This document shows, piece after piece, positions 1 to 9,497 of a stretch of DNA of 64,000 bases. Origin of the DNA: an uncultured Fibrobacterota bacterium. Lineage in GTDB: Bacteria > Fibrobacterota > Chitinivibrionia > Chitinivibrionales > FEN-1185. The stretch covers positions 32,001 to 96,000 of the forward strand of contig CAVSQB010000028.1 of assembly GCA_963729895.1 (NCBI GenBank), read 5' to 3'. Under the pieces are notes generated by a model. The model saw only the letters and a list, made by a program, of their open reading frames with translations, did not search any database and was not told where the DNA came from. The first letter of the stretch is position 1; each line of letters begins with the position of its first letter. The position numbers and the translations under genes were made by a program.

Positions 1-300
1 TCGGGAAAATTTGAGAAGAGTCATAGGGTGAAAGAGTGCCTGAAACCGCCCTCATATGGTCGGGTGTCAGCGGGAATCGTACCTCGGCCTTTGAACGCGC
101 TTTCAAGCACGACGGTGTTGCTGGCCGTCTCTAAACTTGGTGTGGCCGACAAGAGGCTGGGATTTTCCCAAATGCCAAAATTATAGTGACTCTTTGTTAA
201 AAATTTGTTATATTAACATGGAAATTGCGACAATGCCAGATCGGGTGAATCAGGAAATACGCACACAGGAAACCAAACCTAATAATTGAAGGAGGACGTA

Positions 301-1470
301 ATGAACAAGTTGATTTTGTTGGTGTTATCTGTGGTTTTGATTTCCGCAACAGGCGCTCTGGCCTTGCCGAAAGTAGTAACAGATTCAGGCTGGGGACTTG
401 TCTGGTCCGACGAGTTCAACGGAACCGCTCTGGATACGACTGCCTGGAATTATGATACCGGCGCGGGCCAGCCGAACGCCGAACAGGAATTCTACTCCGC
501 AGGTTGCGTAACGGTTTCAGACGGCGCGTTGCACATTTGGTCCAAGTACAATCCGAATGGCGTGCTCAACGCTACCGATCCCGCAAAAGCAAAGTACCTG
601 TCCGGACGAATAAACACCGGTGACAAGAAGATTTTCAAGTACGGCTATTTTGAAGCCGCCATCCAAGGTCCTACGGGAACAGGAGGCAAGAATGGGCCGG
701 GTCTGTGGTCCGCTGTCTGGGGACTGGGAAACAGCATCAATCACGGCGTTGCATGGCCCACGTGCGGCGAGATGGAACTCTACGAGCAAAGAACCTGCGC
801 CTGTGTCGTGGGCGCGAACGCGGCGCAGCCGGTACCGGCCATAGCCGGCGATGATGAATTCATCTCCTGCTGTCACTACGGAGTCAACGGTGGCGCGAGC
901 TATCACAGCTGCCAGCACAACTATCCAAAGTGCCTGTGCGATCGTTTCCACACCTACGGTATTTTCTGGGATTCAACGGACGTGCATTATTACTTCGATG
1001 ACACATTATTCTGGGGCCCGAATATCCCATCCGCCCAATTTACTGCCCCCGATATTAACCAGGCTGCGAATGAAGCGGCGTTTCATAACCCGTTCTTCTG
1101 GATCATAAACGTCGCGGTAGGCGGCGCATATCAGGGACAGAATATCGATAACACAATCTTCCCGACGCATATGGACCTCGATTACGTCAGGGTGTACCAG
1201 GCGGGTGGCACCAAGGTTGCCAACAGCGATTTCAGCTATCATGCACCGAGAGCGTCTGCGCTCGTTCTTGTGAATCCATCAACGGCTCAGCTCAAGGTAT
1301 ACGACTTGAGGGGCCAACTGGTTGCCGATTATTCCAATAAAGTGAGGCAGATGAAGGCGGGCGACAACGTGATGAAGACGATAAGTGCAATGCTGTCCAG
1401 GGGCGCGTATGTGGTGCGGTTGGTCGATAACGGCAAATCGTTTTCACAAAACCTTGTGTCGATGAAATAG
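301..1470 (+). CDS. GH16 family glycoside hydrolase (laminarinase-like) with C-terminal secretion-sorting domain
   Basis: Signal peptide; LVWSDEFNG, YLSGRI, WPTCGEMELYE, FHTYG, INVAVGG and DYVRVYQ motifs; CTD KVYDLRGQLV...GAYVVRL; GGAGG RBS before ATG 301. Confidence 0.9.
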   Translation: MNKLILLVLSVVLISATGALALPKVVTDSGWGLVWSDEFNGTALDTTAWNYDTGAGQPNAEQEFYSAGCVTVSDGALHIWSKYNPNGVLNATDPAKAKYLSGRINTGDKKIFKYGYFEAAIQGPTGTGGKNGPGLWSAVWGLGNSINHGVAWPTCGEMELYEQRTCACVVGANAAQPVPAIAGDDEFISCCHYGVNGGASYHSCQHNYPKCLCDRFHTYGIFWDSTDVHYYFDDTLFWGPNIPSAQFTAPDINQAANEAAFHNPFFWIINVAVGGAYQGQNIDNTIFPTHMDLDYVRVYQAGGTKVANSDFSYHAPRASALVLVNPSTAQLKVYDLRGQLVADYSNKVRQMKAGDNVMKTISAMLSRGAYVVRLVDNGKSFSQNLVSMK

Positions 1471-1498
1471 CCGCTTTTCACTCGATGTTTTGAAAACA

Positions 1499-1533
1499 CC
1501 CTCCGTCCGGAAATGGCCGGGGGGTATTTTTTT
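1499..1533 (+). terminator. Intrinsic terminator
   Basis: Imperfect GC stem CCCTCCGTCC/GGCCGGGGGG followed by TATTTTTTT after the first GH16 stop. Confidence 0.6.
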
Positions 1534-1850
1534 ATCCGGGTTCTCTTGTTTGACGGGCAGATAACCTCATAGCAACCCATTAGCTGCGAAGAAGGCCAGC
1601 GGAAGGCCCTTCCCTGATTTGGGCCGCATGCCCACTGCTGGCTCGCCTTCTTATTGTCATCCGAAAAATGCAAAGATACTAGGCCGCTGTTAACACTCCG
1701 GAAAAAAATCACCTACAAAGCGTGAACGCGCTTTATATTGTTATGTCCTTACGTGGTTCAGGCACACCTGGAAAAGCGGATGGCGTTAGTGCCATCGAGG
1801 TCCGGCTGAGTCTGAAGGGGCTTGTAACAACTACAAAAAAGGAGGACTGG

Positions 1851-3005
1851 GTGAAAAGGTCAATTGCGTTGGCTATGGGGGCGCTTTTCGTCTTTGCAGC
1901 CCGTATTTATGCCTTGCCGCCAGCGGTGGCATCAGGGTACGGCCTTGTGTGGTCCGACGAGTTCAATGGCACCTCCCTGGATACAACTGCTTGGAGTTAT
2001 GATACCGGAGCCAACCAGCCGAACGCCGAACAAGAATTCTACTCCCAGGGTTGCGTTACGGTTTCAGACGGCGCCTTGCACATTTGGTCCAAGTACAATC
2101 CGAATGGCGTGAACAATGCTGCCTCTCCCGCAAATGCAAAGTACTTATCCGGCCGCATAAATACCGGTGACAAGAAGATCTTCACGTACGGCTATTTCGA
2201 AGCGGCCATCCAAGGTCCGGTGGGAACAGGAGGCAAGAATGGGCCGGCTCTGTGGGCCGCTGTCTGGCTTCTGGGCAACAGCATCAATCACGGCGTTGCT
2301 TGGCCTACGTGCGGCGAGATGGAACTCTACGAACAAAGAACCGGTCCTCAAAATGAAGGCGGTAGTTGTTATCCTGCAGCTCCAGGAGACAATCTCTTTA
2401 TTGGGACCTGTCACTACGGAAACGGAGGCGGAGGCGCTATCTATAACAGCTGCGCGCATGATTATGGGTCGTGCCTATGCACCGCCTTTCACAAATATGG
2501 TATTCTTTGGAATACAGATTCCGTACAGTATTATTTCGATGACAATCTGTACTGGGGCCCGAATTTCCCAACTGGTTGCGGCGCTCCAAGCATTACTCAG
2601 ACAGTGAATCAAGTGGCATTTTCTTCGCCGTTCTACTGGATCATAAATGTCGCGGTAGGCGGCAATTACCAGGGGCAGATCATCGACAATTCAATCTTTC
2701 CGACGCATATGGACCTTGATTATGTCAGGGTGTACCAGAAGGGCGCCCCCAACGCTGTTGTCAACGGGTATGTCAGGAAGTTGACACTGCAGGCGTATGC
2801 ACTCGTAAACCCGTTGACAGCCCAGCTCAAGGTATATGACCTGAGGGGAAAACTGGTTGACGATTATACGAATAAAGTGAGGCAGATGAGGGCGGGCGAC
2901 AATGTGATGAAGACGCTTCCTGCCATACTGTCCAGGGGGGCATATGTGGTGCAGTTGGTCGATAACGGCAAATCGTTTTCACAAAACCTTGTGTCGATGA
3001 AATAG
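1851..3005 (+). CDS. GH16 family glycoside hydrolase, tandem paralog
   Basis: Same motifs and CTD as 301..1470; GTG start after GGAGG. Confidence 0.9.
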   Translation: MKRSIALAMGALFVFAARIYALPPAVASGYGLVWSDEFNGTSLDTTAWSYDTGANQPNAEQEFYSQGCVTVSDGALHIWSKYNPNGVNNAASPANAKYLSGRINTGDKKIFTYGYFEAAIQGPVGTGGKNGPALWAAVWLLGNSINHGVAWPTCGEMELYEQRTGPQNEGGSCYPAAPGDNLFIGTCHYGNGGGGAIYNSCAHDYGSCLCTAFHKYGILWNTDSVQYYFDDNLYWGPNFPTGCGAPSITQTVNQVAFSSPFYWIINVAVGGNYQGQIIDNSIFPTHMDLDYVRVYQKGAPNAVVNGYVRKLTLQAYALVNPLTAQLKVYDLRGKLVDDYTNKVRQMRAGDNVMKTLPAILSRGAYVVQLVDNGKSFSQNLVSMK

Positions 3006-3030
3006 CCGCTTACCAGTAATTGTTTTTTTG

Positions 3031-3072
3031 GATGCCCTCCGATCATTTCTGATCGGAGGGCATCTTCTTTTC
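3031..3072. terminator. Bidirectional terminator between convergent genes
   Basis: 15-bp perfect stem GATGCCCTCCGATCA/TGATCGGAGGGCATC with a T-rich tail. Confidence 0.75.
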
Positions 3073-3097
3073 CGGTTTCTCCGCATTTCAGAAATTG

Positions 3098-4690
3098 CTA
3101 TCGCTGCTGTTCCCCGGGCAGGTTGTTCTCAGCCTTTCTTGTGCCGGCGTTTTTATTTTCACCGGCATTTTGGGAAAGGATAGCTTTGATGATTTCGTTC
3201 CTGTCGTACTTGACAGGTTCGGTCAGCAGAGAAGCCGTGGTATAAAGCCTCAGATCCGTTTCATCCTTCATTGGATCTTCTTGAGGAAGTTCCACGGCGC
3301 GCCGGCTCCGGCCGTTTTCATCCACATACGCACAATAGAGCCGTGTATACAAAATATCCCGGCGCTTGGAACCAAATAAAATCCAGCGGTCGTTACTGGA
3401 CCAGCGGACCATTGATTCGCTTTGGGGGCTGTTGCAGGCCATCGCCTTGTAGGTCCGGGTTTGCATATCCATGAGGTATATGTCGCTCTCCGGATTGTTG
3501 ATCGGGAACATGCCGTAATCTGCAAGAAGAAAAGCAACGAACCTGCCGTTAAAAGAAACGCTTGGTTGCATACAGCTCTTCCCGGCATCCTGTGCACTGA
3601 GGATTGTTTCAGGCTCCCCAAATGTATTGGTTGCCGGGTCAAATGAAGCCCGCATGAGGTCGTATTTGACATCTTTATAGTTTTTTGGCAGGACTTTTTC
3701 TTCGTTCGGTTTCGGCATGGGCCAGGTTACCTTGCATCGTGAGAAATAGAGATATTTTCCATCGCCGGACCAGCTTGGCCATGTTTCGTTGTATTCGGGG
3801 GTGGACAATCCGGGAATGAACTTGATCTCGCCGGTTTCGATGTCGTACAGGCCGAGGTCGGCGGAATATTCAAATTGCAATCTGTCATTGATGCTGCCGC
3901 CACCTATGAAAGAAAAGAAGCCCATCTTGACAGCGGCAAATGCCATTACCTTTCCGTTGGGATGAATGCTGGTAAGAGAGATGAGCCCGCGCGGGGTAAG
4001 GGAATGGGTTTCGAATCGCACGGTTCCATTGTGCACGATAACCATGGCAGGACCCATATCGTGAGGACGCCGCACGTGAAAAAGCATGGTGCCGGTCTGG
4101 TTTGCGGAAGAAATATGGCAATTGATGCAGGCATTTCCGACATCGCGCCTGTGGAGCAAAACGCGCTCCTCAAAAGTCTCGATGTTTCTTTGGTACAGGC
4201 CCATTTCCGGGTTGGGGTTATAGAACATCGTCGGCAGTTTTCGATAGGTGAGGTATGGGTCGATCTTTTCGCTGGCAATGAGATTCGTTATGGTTGCGAA
4301 CCGGCTCCATTGTTTCCCGCGCTTGACGCAGATGTCCATCTGATACGACCGGCCTTTGTTGGCGAAAAGCAGTTTCTTCCATTTGTACATGGGAATCTTG
4401 ATGACGCGATCTTTAGAAACAATTTCTACGCACTGCCCGGCTTCGCCGGTGAGCCGGACGTAATAGGCATCCCCCTTCTCTTCAACAATAAAATTAAGCG
4501 GGGCGATATTAGGAGGCACCGTTACATCTACATAATCCGGTTTGATCGACGGAGATCGGGCAATAGAAGCGCACGAAAGCATATCGGGTTTCTTGACAGC
4601 AGCAAACAAGGAATAGAGAAGTCCGCTTGCAGCCGCAATGGCAATGCAGGAAATCAGGAAATACTTCAAGCCCGATTTTGTCTTTTTCAC
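3098..4690 (-). CDS. TolB-like PD40 beta-propeller protein with CxxCH motif
   Basis: PDY..VT.PPNIAPLNF N-terminus; CINCH; PSWSGDGKYLYFS and WSSNDRWILFGSKR repeats; 4-bp overlap with the upstream membrane gene. Confidence 0.8.
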   Translation of the reverse strand: MKKTKSGLKYFLISCIAIAAASGLLYSLFAAVKKPDMLSCASIARSPSIKPDYVDVTVPPNIAPLNFIVEEKGDAYYVRLTGEAGQCVEIVSKDRVIKIPMYKWKKLLFANKGRSYQMDICVKRGKQWSRFATITNLIASEKIDPYLTYRKLPTMFYNPNPEMGLYQRNIETFEERVLLHRRDVGNACINCHISSANQTGTMLFHVRRPHDMGPAMVIVHNGTVRFETHSLTPRGLISLTSIHPNGKVMAFAAVKMGFFSFIGGGSINDRLQFEYSADLGLYDIETGEIKFIPGLSTPEYNETWPSWSGDGKYLYFSRCKVTWPMPKPNEEKVLPKNYKDVKYDLMRASFDPATNTFGEPETILSAQDAGKSCMQPSVSFNGRFVAFLLADYGMFPINNPESDIYLMDMQTRTYKAMACNSPQSESMVRWSSNDRWILFGSKRRDILYTRLYCAYVDENGRSRRAVELPQEDPMKDETDLRLYTTASLLTEPVKYDRNEIIKAILSQNAGENKNAGTRKAENNLPGEQQR

Positions 4691-7152
4691 CGGGACCTCA
4701 TGGATTCTACGAAAAGATCAAGGTAAAAGTATGTATTCCTGAAATCATAGACGGCATCCAGCGGCTCGGATAGACCGCGGTTGTTGTAGGCATCCGTAAA
4801 TCTCGCAAACAATTCCCGGGTGCATGGTTCGATCTCGATAGAATCTATGGTGGCTTTTGGAGCATCTTTGCGCATCAACACGTATGCCTGCTGGTAAAGC
4901 CGATGGTTTCCCGGGACCTCCAGGTCGGTTAACAAATGAAAAGAAACGGCAAGTTTCTTTTCCCGCAGCATCAGCAAATTGAAGGCCATCCAATATTCAA
5001 AAGCCATCCTGTTCTTAGGATTTTCATCCAAAATGGTTTCGAGCAGGGAAAGAGAATTGGTGTTACTTTGCATGATCTTTTCGCCCTTAAACATCTGATC
5101 ATGAAGATATTTTATTTCTTCCTCAACAGGGGGTGAGGACACATGGTCAAGATAATTCTGATACGGTTTCGCCCATGAGGCGCATCCCGGCTCCCGTTCC
5201 AAAGCTCTCAGGAAAACCCTTGCCGCCGTTGTTTGATTCTTTACGAGATGAATTTTGGCCAACAGCAGAAGAACAAGGGGATGTTTTCCTTCGGCCAGAA
5301 TTTGATACGCCACTTCCTCCGCGGGCGAGATCAACCCGAGTTCAAACCAGGTTTCGGCAAATTGCAATCGTGCGTGCGTGTCTCCCCAATTGGGGAAGAG
5401 GGCATTCGGATTTTGAGGGACGATAAGAAAATCATCGCTCATCCGTCCCGTTTGGTACAGCGCCCTGTTTATGTCCAACATGACATAATCATTGAGTGAT
5501 TGGCTGCTCAACTGACGAACTTCTGGAAGCACCTTGTCCCATTGTCCGGTCCTGGCCATATAATTGAGGCGGAACCGGGCGTGTCTTTCGACATCGAAGG
5601 CGATGCCCCCTATCACCAAACTTGCTGTAATGAGAATTAATGCGCTTGTGGTTCCAATGCCGGCGCTGCCCAGCGGGCGACGCATGAAATGAGAAACAGA
5701 GGTAATAATGGTGAAAGGTGACATTTTGTCCCGACCGCCGCCAGCCCATGCAATCCATATTCCAAAAAAAGTCATGAGCATCGGGAAAAACCGCAAAATC
5801 TTCAGGGCCGCCAGACCTTCGTTGCTTTCCCGATTCAGCAGAAACGGATTCAGCGGGACAAGGACCTGGGTCCAGTCTTTTCTTGTCGCAAGGGTGAAAA
5901 CGAGGGAAAAGACGAGCACCGCAATAATTTGAACCGGGATCCATGCATACTTTTTTGCGTAAAGCCACTCGTACAGAATGCAGCCGACGGCAAACAGGAA
6001 GACGAAGGCGCCGAATAGATAACTGTTGACGAGAGAAAGAATGAGGAACACGGACAATCTGGTCTTCGAGCGCTCAGGGAAATACCAAATGTACATCATC
6101 CAGGAGGCCAACAGAGCCAAGCCGATTTCAGCGAGAATTAGAATTCCATACGCCCCGGGAAAAACCGACATTGTTTCTTCATGAATCCAAAGCCGCGGGC
6201 CGGAAACAGCCATAAGGCGCAAATAGGAATTGAGAAAGCTGTCAAAAAGGAAAAGTGCTCCCACAAAAGCGATTCCTGCGAAAAGCAGGGTTCCCAAACG
6301 CCAGGAAAAAGTCCGAGCGCCCTGTGCTCCTTCCGCCCCGGAAGAATGTCCGGGAAGCAGCCGTTGCAGTATCCAGGCCGCCAGCATTGCCACGGGAACG
6401 GAAAGAATAAAAATGTACAAAGCGATGGAATCCCGCCGGGCGAGATCGTACTCAAGATAATTATGAAGGGCATTTGAGGAAGGAAGTCTGGCAGTCCAGA
6501 TAAACGCAGTGCCGATAAACGGAATCAGAACTGCCGCGACAACAATCACCGTCCCGAGCAAAAACGACTTTCTTCCAAAAACCTCATGCAGAAAACAGAC
6601 AGCGAGAAAAATGAAAAGGACGTTTTCTCCGAAGAAATAGACTAGTGCGGCACATAGCAGCACGAGAGGAATTCGCACCAGGGCGCGGTGGGGCAGTCCG
6701 ACGTAAAGGACTGCAAGAAAAAGCGACAGATAAAAAGGAAGGATATACACAAATATGATGTCATGTTCGACCGGTAATGCCAGAGTGAGGAGAACGGGCA
6801 GGTAAGGAATGATCTCCATCCGTTTGCCGCCCATTGAGGCCGCGAGGCGCTTTGTGATCCAAAATAAGCAAACAGCGGAAATAGTGAAAAGTGCCGGACC
6901 TGTCCATCTGAAAATCAGGTATTTGAGAACGAAACCGGCAAAGAGCAAACTCAATTGGCCCGGAGCTTTCCACAGGTCAATCAACAAGACTTCTTTCTGC
7001 GTGAATAAATGCAGATCTCCCATGGTGGTGTGAGCGTAAAAACGCAGCCGCGGATCAACGAGCAAATAAAAGTAGAGGAAGTAAAATGTGAAGAAAATGA
7101 CGGCTGGAAGGATTCGGCGAGATAGGGCATCTTTTGTGGAAGTGTCAATCAT
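4687..7152 (-). CDS. DUF6057-like multi-pass membrane protein with C-terminal helical domain
   Basis: Many TM segments, then NRALYQTGR and NPKNRMAFEYWMA..LL motifs; start may extend to 7209. Confidence 0.75.
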   Translation of the reverse strand: MIDTSTKDALSRRILPAVIFFTFYFLYFYLLVDPRLRFYAHTTMGDLHLFTQKEVLLIDLWKAPGQLSLLFAGFVLKYLIFRWTGPALFTISAVCLFWITKRLAASMGGKRMEIIPYLPVLLTLALPVEHDIIFVYILPFYLSLFLAVLYVGLPHRALVRIPLVLLCAALVYFFGENVLFIFLAVCFLHEVFGRKSFLLGTVIVVAAVLIPFIGTAFIWTARLPSSNALHNYLEYDLARRDSIALYIFILSVPVAMLAAWILQRLLPGHSSGAEGAQGARTFSWRLGTLLFAGIAFVGALFLFDSFLNSYLRLMAVSGPRLWIHEETMSVFPGAYGILILAEIGLALLASWMMYIWYFPERSKTRLSVFLILSLVNSYLFGAFVFLFAVGCILYEWLYAKKYAWIPVQIIAVLVFSLVFTLATRKDWTQVLVPLNPFLLNRESNEGLAALKILRFFPMLMTFFGIWIAWAGGGRDKMSPFTIITSVSHFMRRPLGSAGIGTTSALILITASLVIGGIAFDVERHARFRLNYMARTGQWDKVLPEVRQLSSQSLNDYVMLDINRALYQTGRMSDDFLIVPQNPNALFPNWGDTHARLQFAETWFELGLISPAEEVAYQILAEGKHPLVLLLLAKIHLVKNQTTAARVFLRALEREPGCASWAKPYQNYLDHVSSPPVEEEIKYLHDQMFKGEKIMQSNTNSLSLLETILDENPKNRMAFEYWMAFNLLMLREKKLAVSFHLLTDLEVPGNHRLYQQAYVLMRKDAPKATIDSIEIEPCTRELFARFTDAYNNRGLSEPLDAVYDFRNTYFYLDLFVESMRSR

Positions 7153-7309
7153 GAGGAGCCTGCCGTTATATGTCTGGGAAGATACACCGGATAGACCGGG
7201 TTTCAACAAATAAAATAGTTCATATTCTGTGCGACAGATTTATTCTTTATCTCATTATTGGACGACACCGCAGATGAATCCCGCGAGCGTACCGTTGCAA
7301 GCGTCAACA

Positions 7310-7397
7310 ACCTCACCCCGCCCTCTCTACCCCTTCGGGTACTTCCCCCTCGTCAGGGATTCCCAAGGGTCACAAGGGTCGCCAGCGGGAGAGGAGC
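7310..7397. repeat. REP-like palindromic element
   Basis: CCTCACCCCGCCCTCTC...GGGAGAGGAG arms with an internal TACCCC-TTCG-GGTA hairpin. Confidence 0.45.
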
Positions 7398-7463
7398 GAA
7401 GATATCATTTGCGAGGGCGCCTGGAAAGAGCCGCGAATGCGAGGATGGCGGCGAGAATATTCT

Positions 7464-9350
7464 TTATTTCACAAGTGCAATATGTCGTTCTATCTGGGTA
7501 TTTCCCGAGGTCAGGCGAAGAAGATAAAGCCCGGGCGCGAGCTGTGAGGTGCTCAACGCTGCTTCTTGCATGCCTGTTCCCGGCGCAAACAGGTTCATGG
7601 TTTTTACCAGCCGCCCCGAAACCGTGTGCAGGGTGAGGTTGGCTTGTGTGCCGTTCTGCATAAAGAACCGAACGAGTGCCAATCCCCGGCCTGTTATGGA
7701 GACTGTCAATCGATCCGGCGTTGCTTTGATCCTCTCAACCATCACCGACGCCGGTCCTCCCACAATGGATTTGATCGCGCCGTACTTGTAATTACGATTC
7801 GGGTTTGAAATGTCGTCTGTAAGTCCCCAGCAACCGTAGCGGTTGTAGCCGCTGCTCAGGGTGAACTGCATCGCAAGCGCGCCGCCGATTGCGAGAAACG
7901 CGGTGTCGTAATTGTATTTAAGCAGCTCTCCCATTTCCGCCTCCCGTTCGGCAAGAATGCGGTTGGACACATCCGAGGTGCTGCCGCCGCCATCGTCGGG
8001 TCCGCCCTCATACGACACAAAACCGCCCGCGAGGTTGTATATCTTGGCTTCGGCGATCCACTGCAGCCGGCCCGCGTCGTTAACTCCCCCGGTCTCATCA
8101 ATCTGACTGTGAATATCGGCATGACAGGCGGACAGGATCTCCGCCGGACTTGCGTTCGTGTCCGCGTCCCCGCTGAAATACGTCTGGCACCCAATGGCGT
8201 AGATGAAATTTTTTGGCGGCCCAAATGCGGAATCCACGTATTGCAACATGGGCTCAACCCACCATTTAAGCATGGGCTTGTGGCTGCAGAGCACCACGCG
8301 GACCCGGTTGTTCAGAGAACCGGCGCCGAACACGCTGTCGAAACTCATGGCGAGCGACACGGTGCGCCTCGCATGATTCTGCTGGTCGGTGATGCCGAGC
8401 GCCTGCGCCCAGGCGTGATTGTACGCACTCTGTTCATAGCCCGGCGCCGTGTTCCAAACCTCGTTGCTGCTTTCCACGTAGATGTTGAGATTTGACTTAA
8501 GGGAATCCTTGAACAATTGCGCAAGCTGGCGGACATAGCCCGCATCCGCGGATAGCGGAACGTTGATCCATGCGTCCATCGTCACGGTGTTGGCAAGATT
8601 GACTACATATTCCCACGCGCCGCCGTCGGGTTTCCCCAGAGGCGCAATGGCGTTCTGGCCCGCGTCCGTAACAAGCTTGCGTTTGCTCCATGGGGTAAGA
8701 CCGGGATACAGAGGATCTATGCCGTTTGGGTTAGTGAACGGCATAAAACGGATCGCTGAAAAATTGATGCCGGTCAATGCCCCGAGAAAATCGTCGGTAA
8801 AGATTTTTGTTGCGGTTAACGGATAACCGGGATGGTTCATCGTGAACCGCGTGAACCCGCTTCTCGGTGCGCTCCCGGCAGTGCGCCGCGTGTTCGTGAA
8901 CGCCAGGTTGATGAACCCGCCGCCCGGGGCCGGCGCGTCGGCAATCACAAAATCAAAGGTGGTGGTATTCGATGCGGAATCGTAGACGGCGTTCTGCACC
9001 GTTCCTTCGCCTGTGCTGGCAACGTTTGCAAGACCGGAAAGGCGGCAATGATACGTTCCGCGCAAGTCAAGATGATACGACGCCGGGTCGTCAATGCTGC
9101 CCGCCCACTCGGCCACAGGACGCAGGTCCAGCACGAAGTTGATGTCACACGTTGGCCAGCCTGACGAATCCACGTCGGCCGCGGCAAGGTCCGCGCCCGT
9201 GCTCACCTTGCTCCAGCGGTAGTTCTCCTTTGCGATGTCCACAAACGAACCGCCGCGCTCGGGAAGGCTTATGTTGACGCCGAGCTGGCCCGCCAGGGAG
9301 GGGATGGCCAGAAGCCAGACGGAGACGAAGGATGTTCCGGTGATTTTCAT
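7464..9350 (-). CDS. Secreted putative glycoside hydrolase (TIM-barrel, clan GH-A-like) with CTD
   Basis: Signal peptide; AIRFM, DAWINVP, YVESSNEVWN and SYEGG motifs; CTD LHTVSGRLV...PGLYLLRL. Confidence 0.7.
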   Translation of the reverse strand: MKITGTSFVSVWLLAIPSLAGQLGVNISLPERGGSFVDIAKENYRWSKVSTGADLAAADVDSSGWPTCDINFVLDLRPVAEWAGSIDDPASYHLDLRGTYHCRLSGLANVASTGEGTVQNAVYDSASNTTTFDFVIADAPAPGGGFINLAFTNTRRTAGSAPRSGFTRFTMNHPGYPLTATKIFTDDFLGALTGINFSAIRFMPFTNPNGIDPLYPGLTPWSKRKLVTDAGQNAIAPLGKPDGGAWEYVVNLANTVTMDAWINVPLSADAGYVRQLAQLFKDSLKSNLNIYVESSNEVWNTAPGYEQSAYNHAWAQALGITDQQNHARRTVSLAMSFDSVFGAGSLNNRVRVVLCSHKPMLKWWVEPMLQYVDSAFGPPKNFIYAIGCQTYFSGDADTNASPAEILSACHADIHSQIDETGGVNDAGRLQWIAEAKIYNLAGGFVSYEGGPDDGGGSTSDVSNRILAEREAEMGELLKYNYDTAFLAIGGALAMQFTLSSGYNRYGCWGLTDDISNPNRNYKYGAIKSIVGGPASVMVERIKATPDRLTVSITGRGLALVRFFMQNGTQANLTLHTVSGRLVKTMNLFAPGTGMQEAALSTSQLAPGLYLLRLTSGNTQIERHIALVK

Positions 9351-9497
9351 GGGGTCCTCGCTCTTACGGGTGAAAGGAGGCCGGCTAAAACGCAAAGAGG
9401 CACTATAAGTACACTCACCATCTGCCGAAAAAGCATCTTCAAAACTTGGTGCAGACCGGCCAGGCGCAGTACAAGGGCCGCAAACGGCGTCCTCAAG

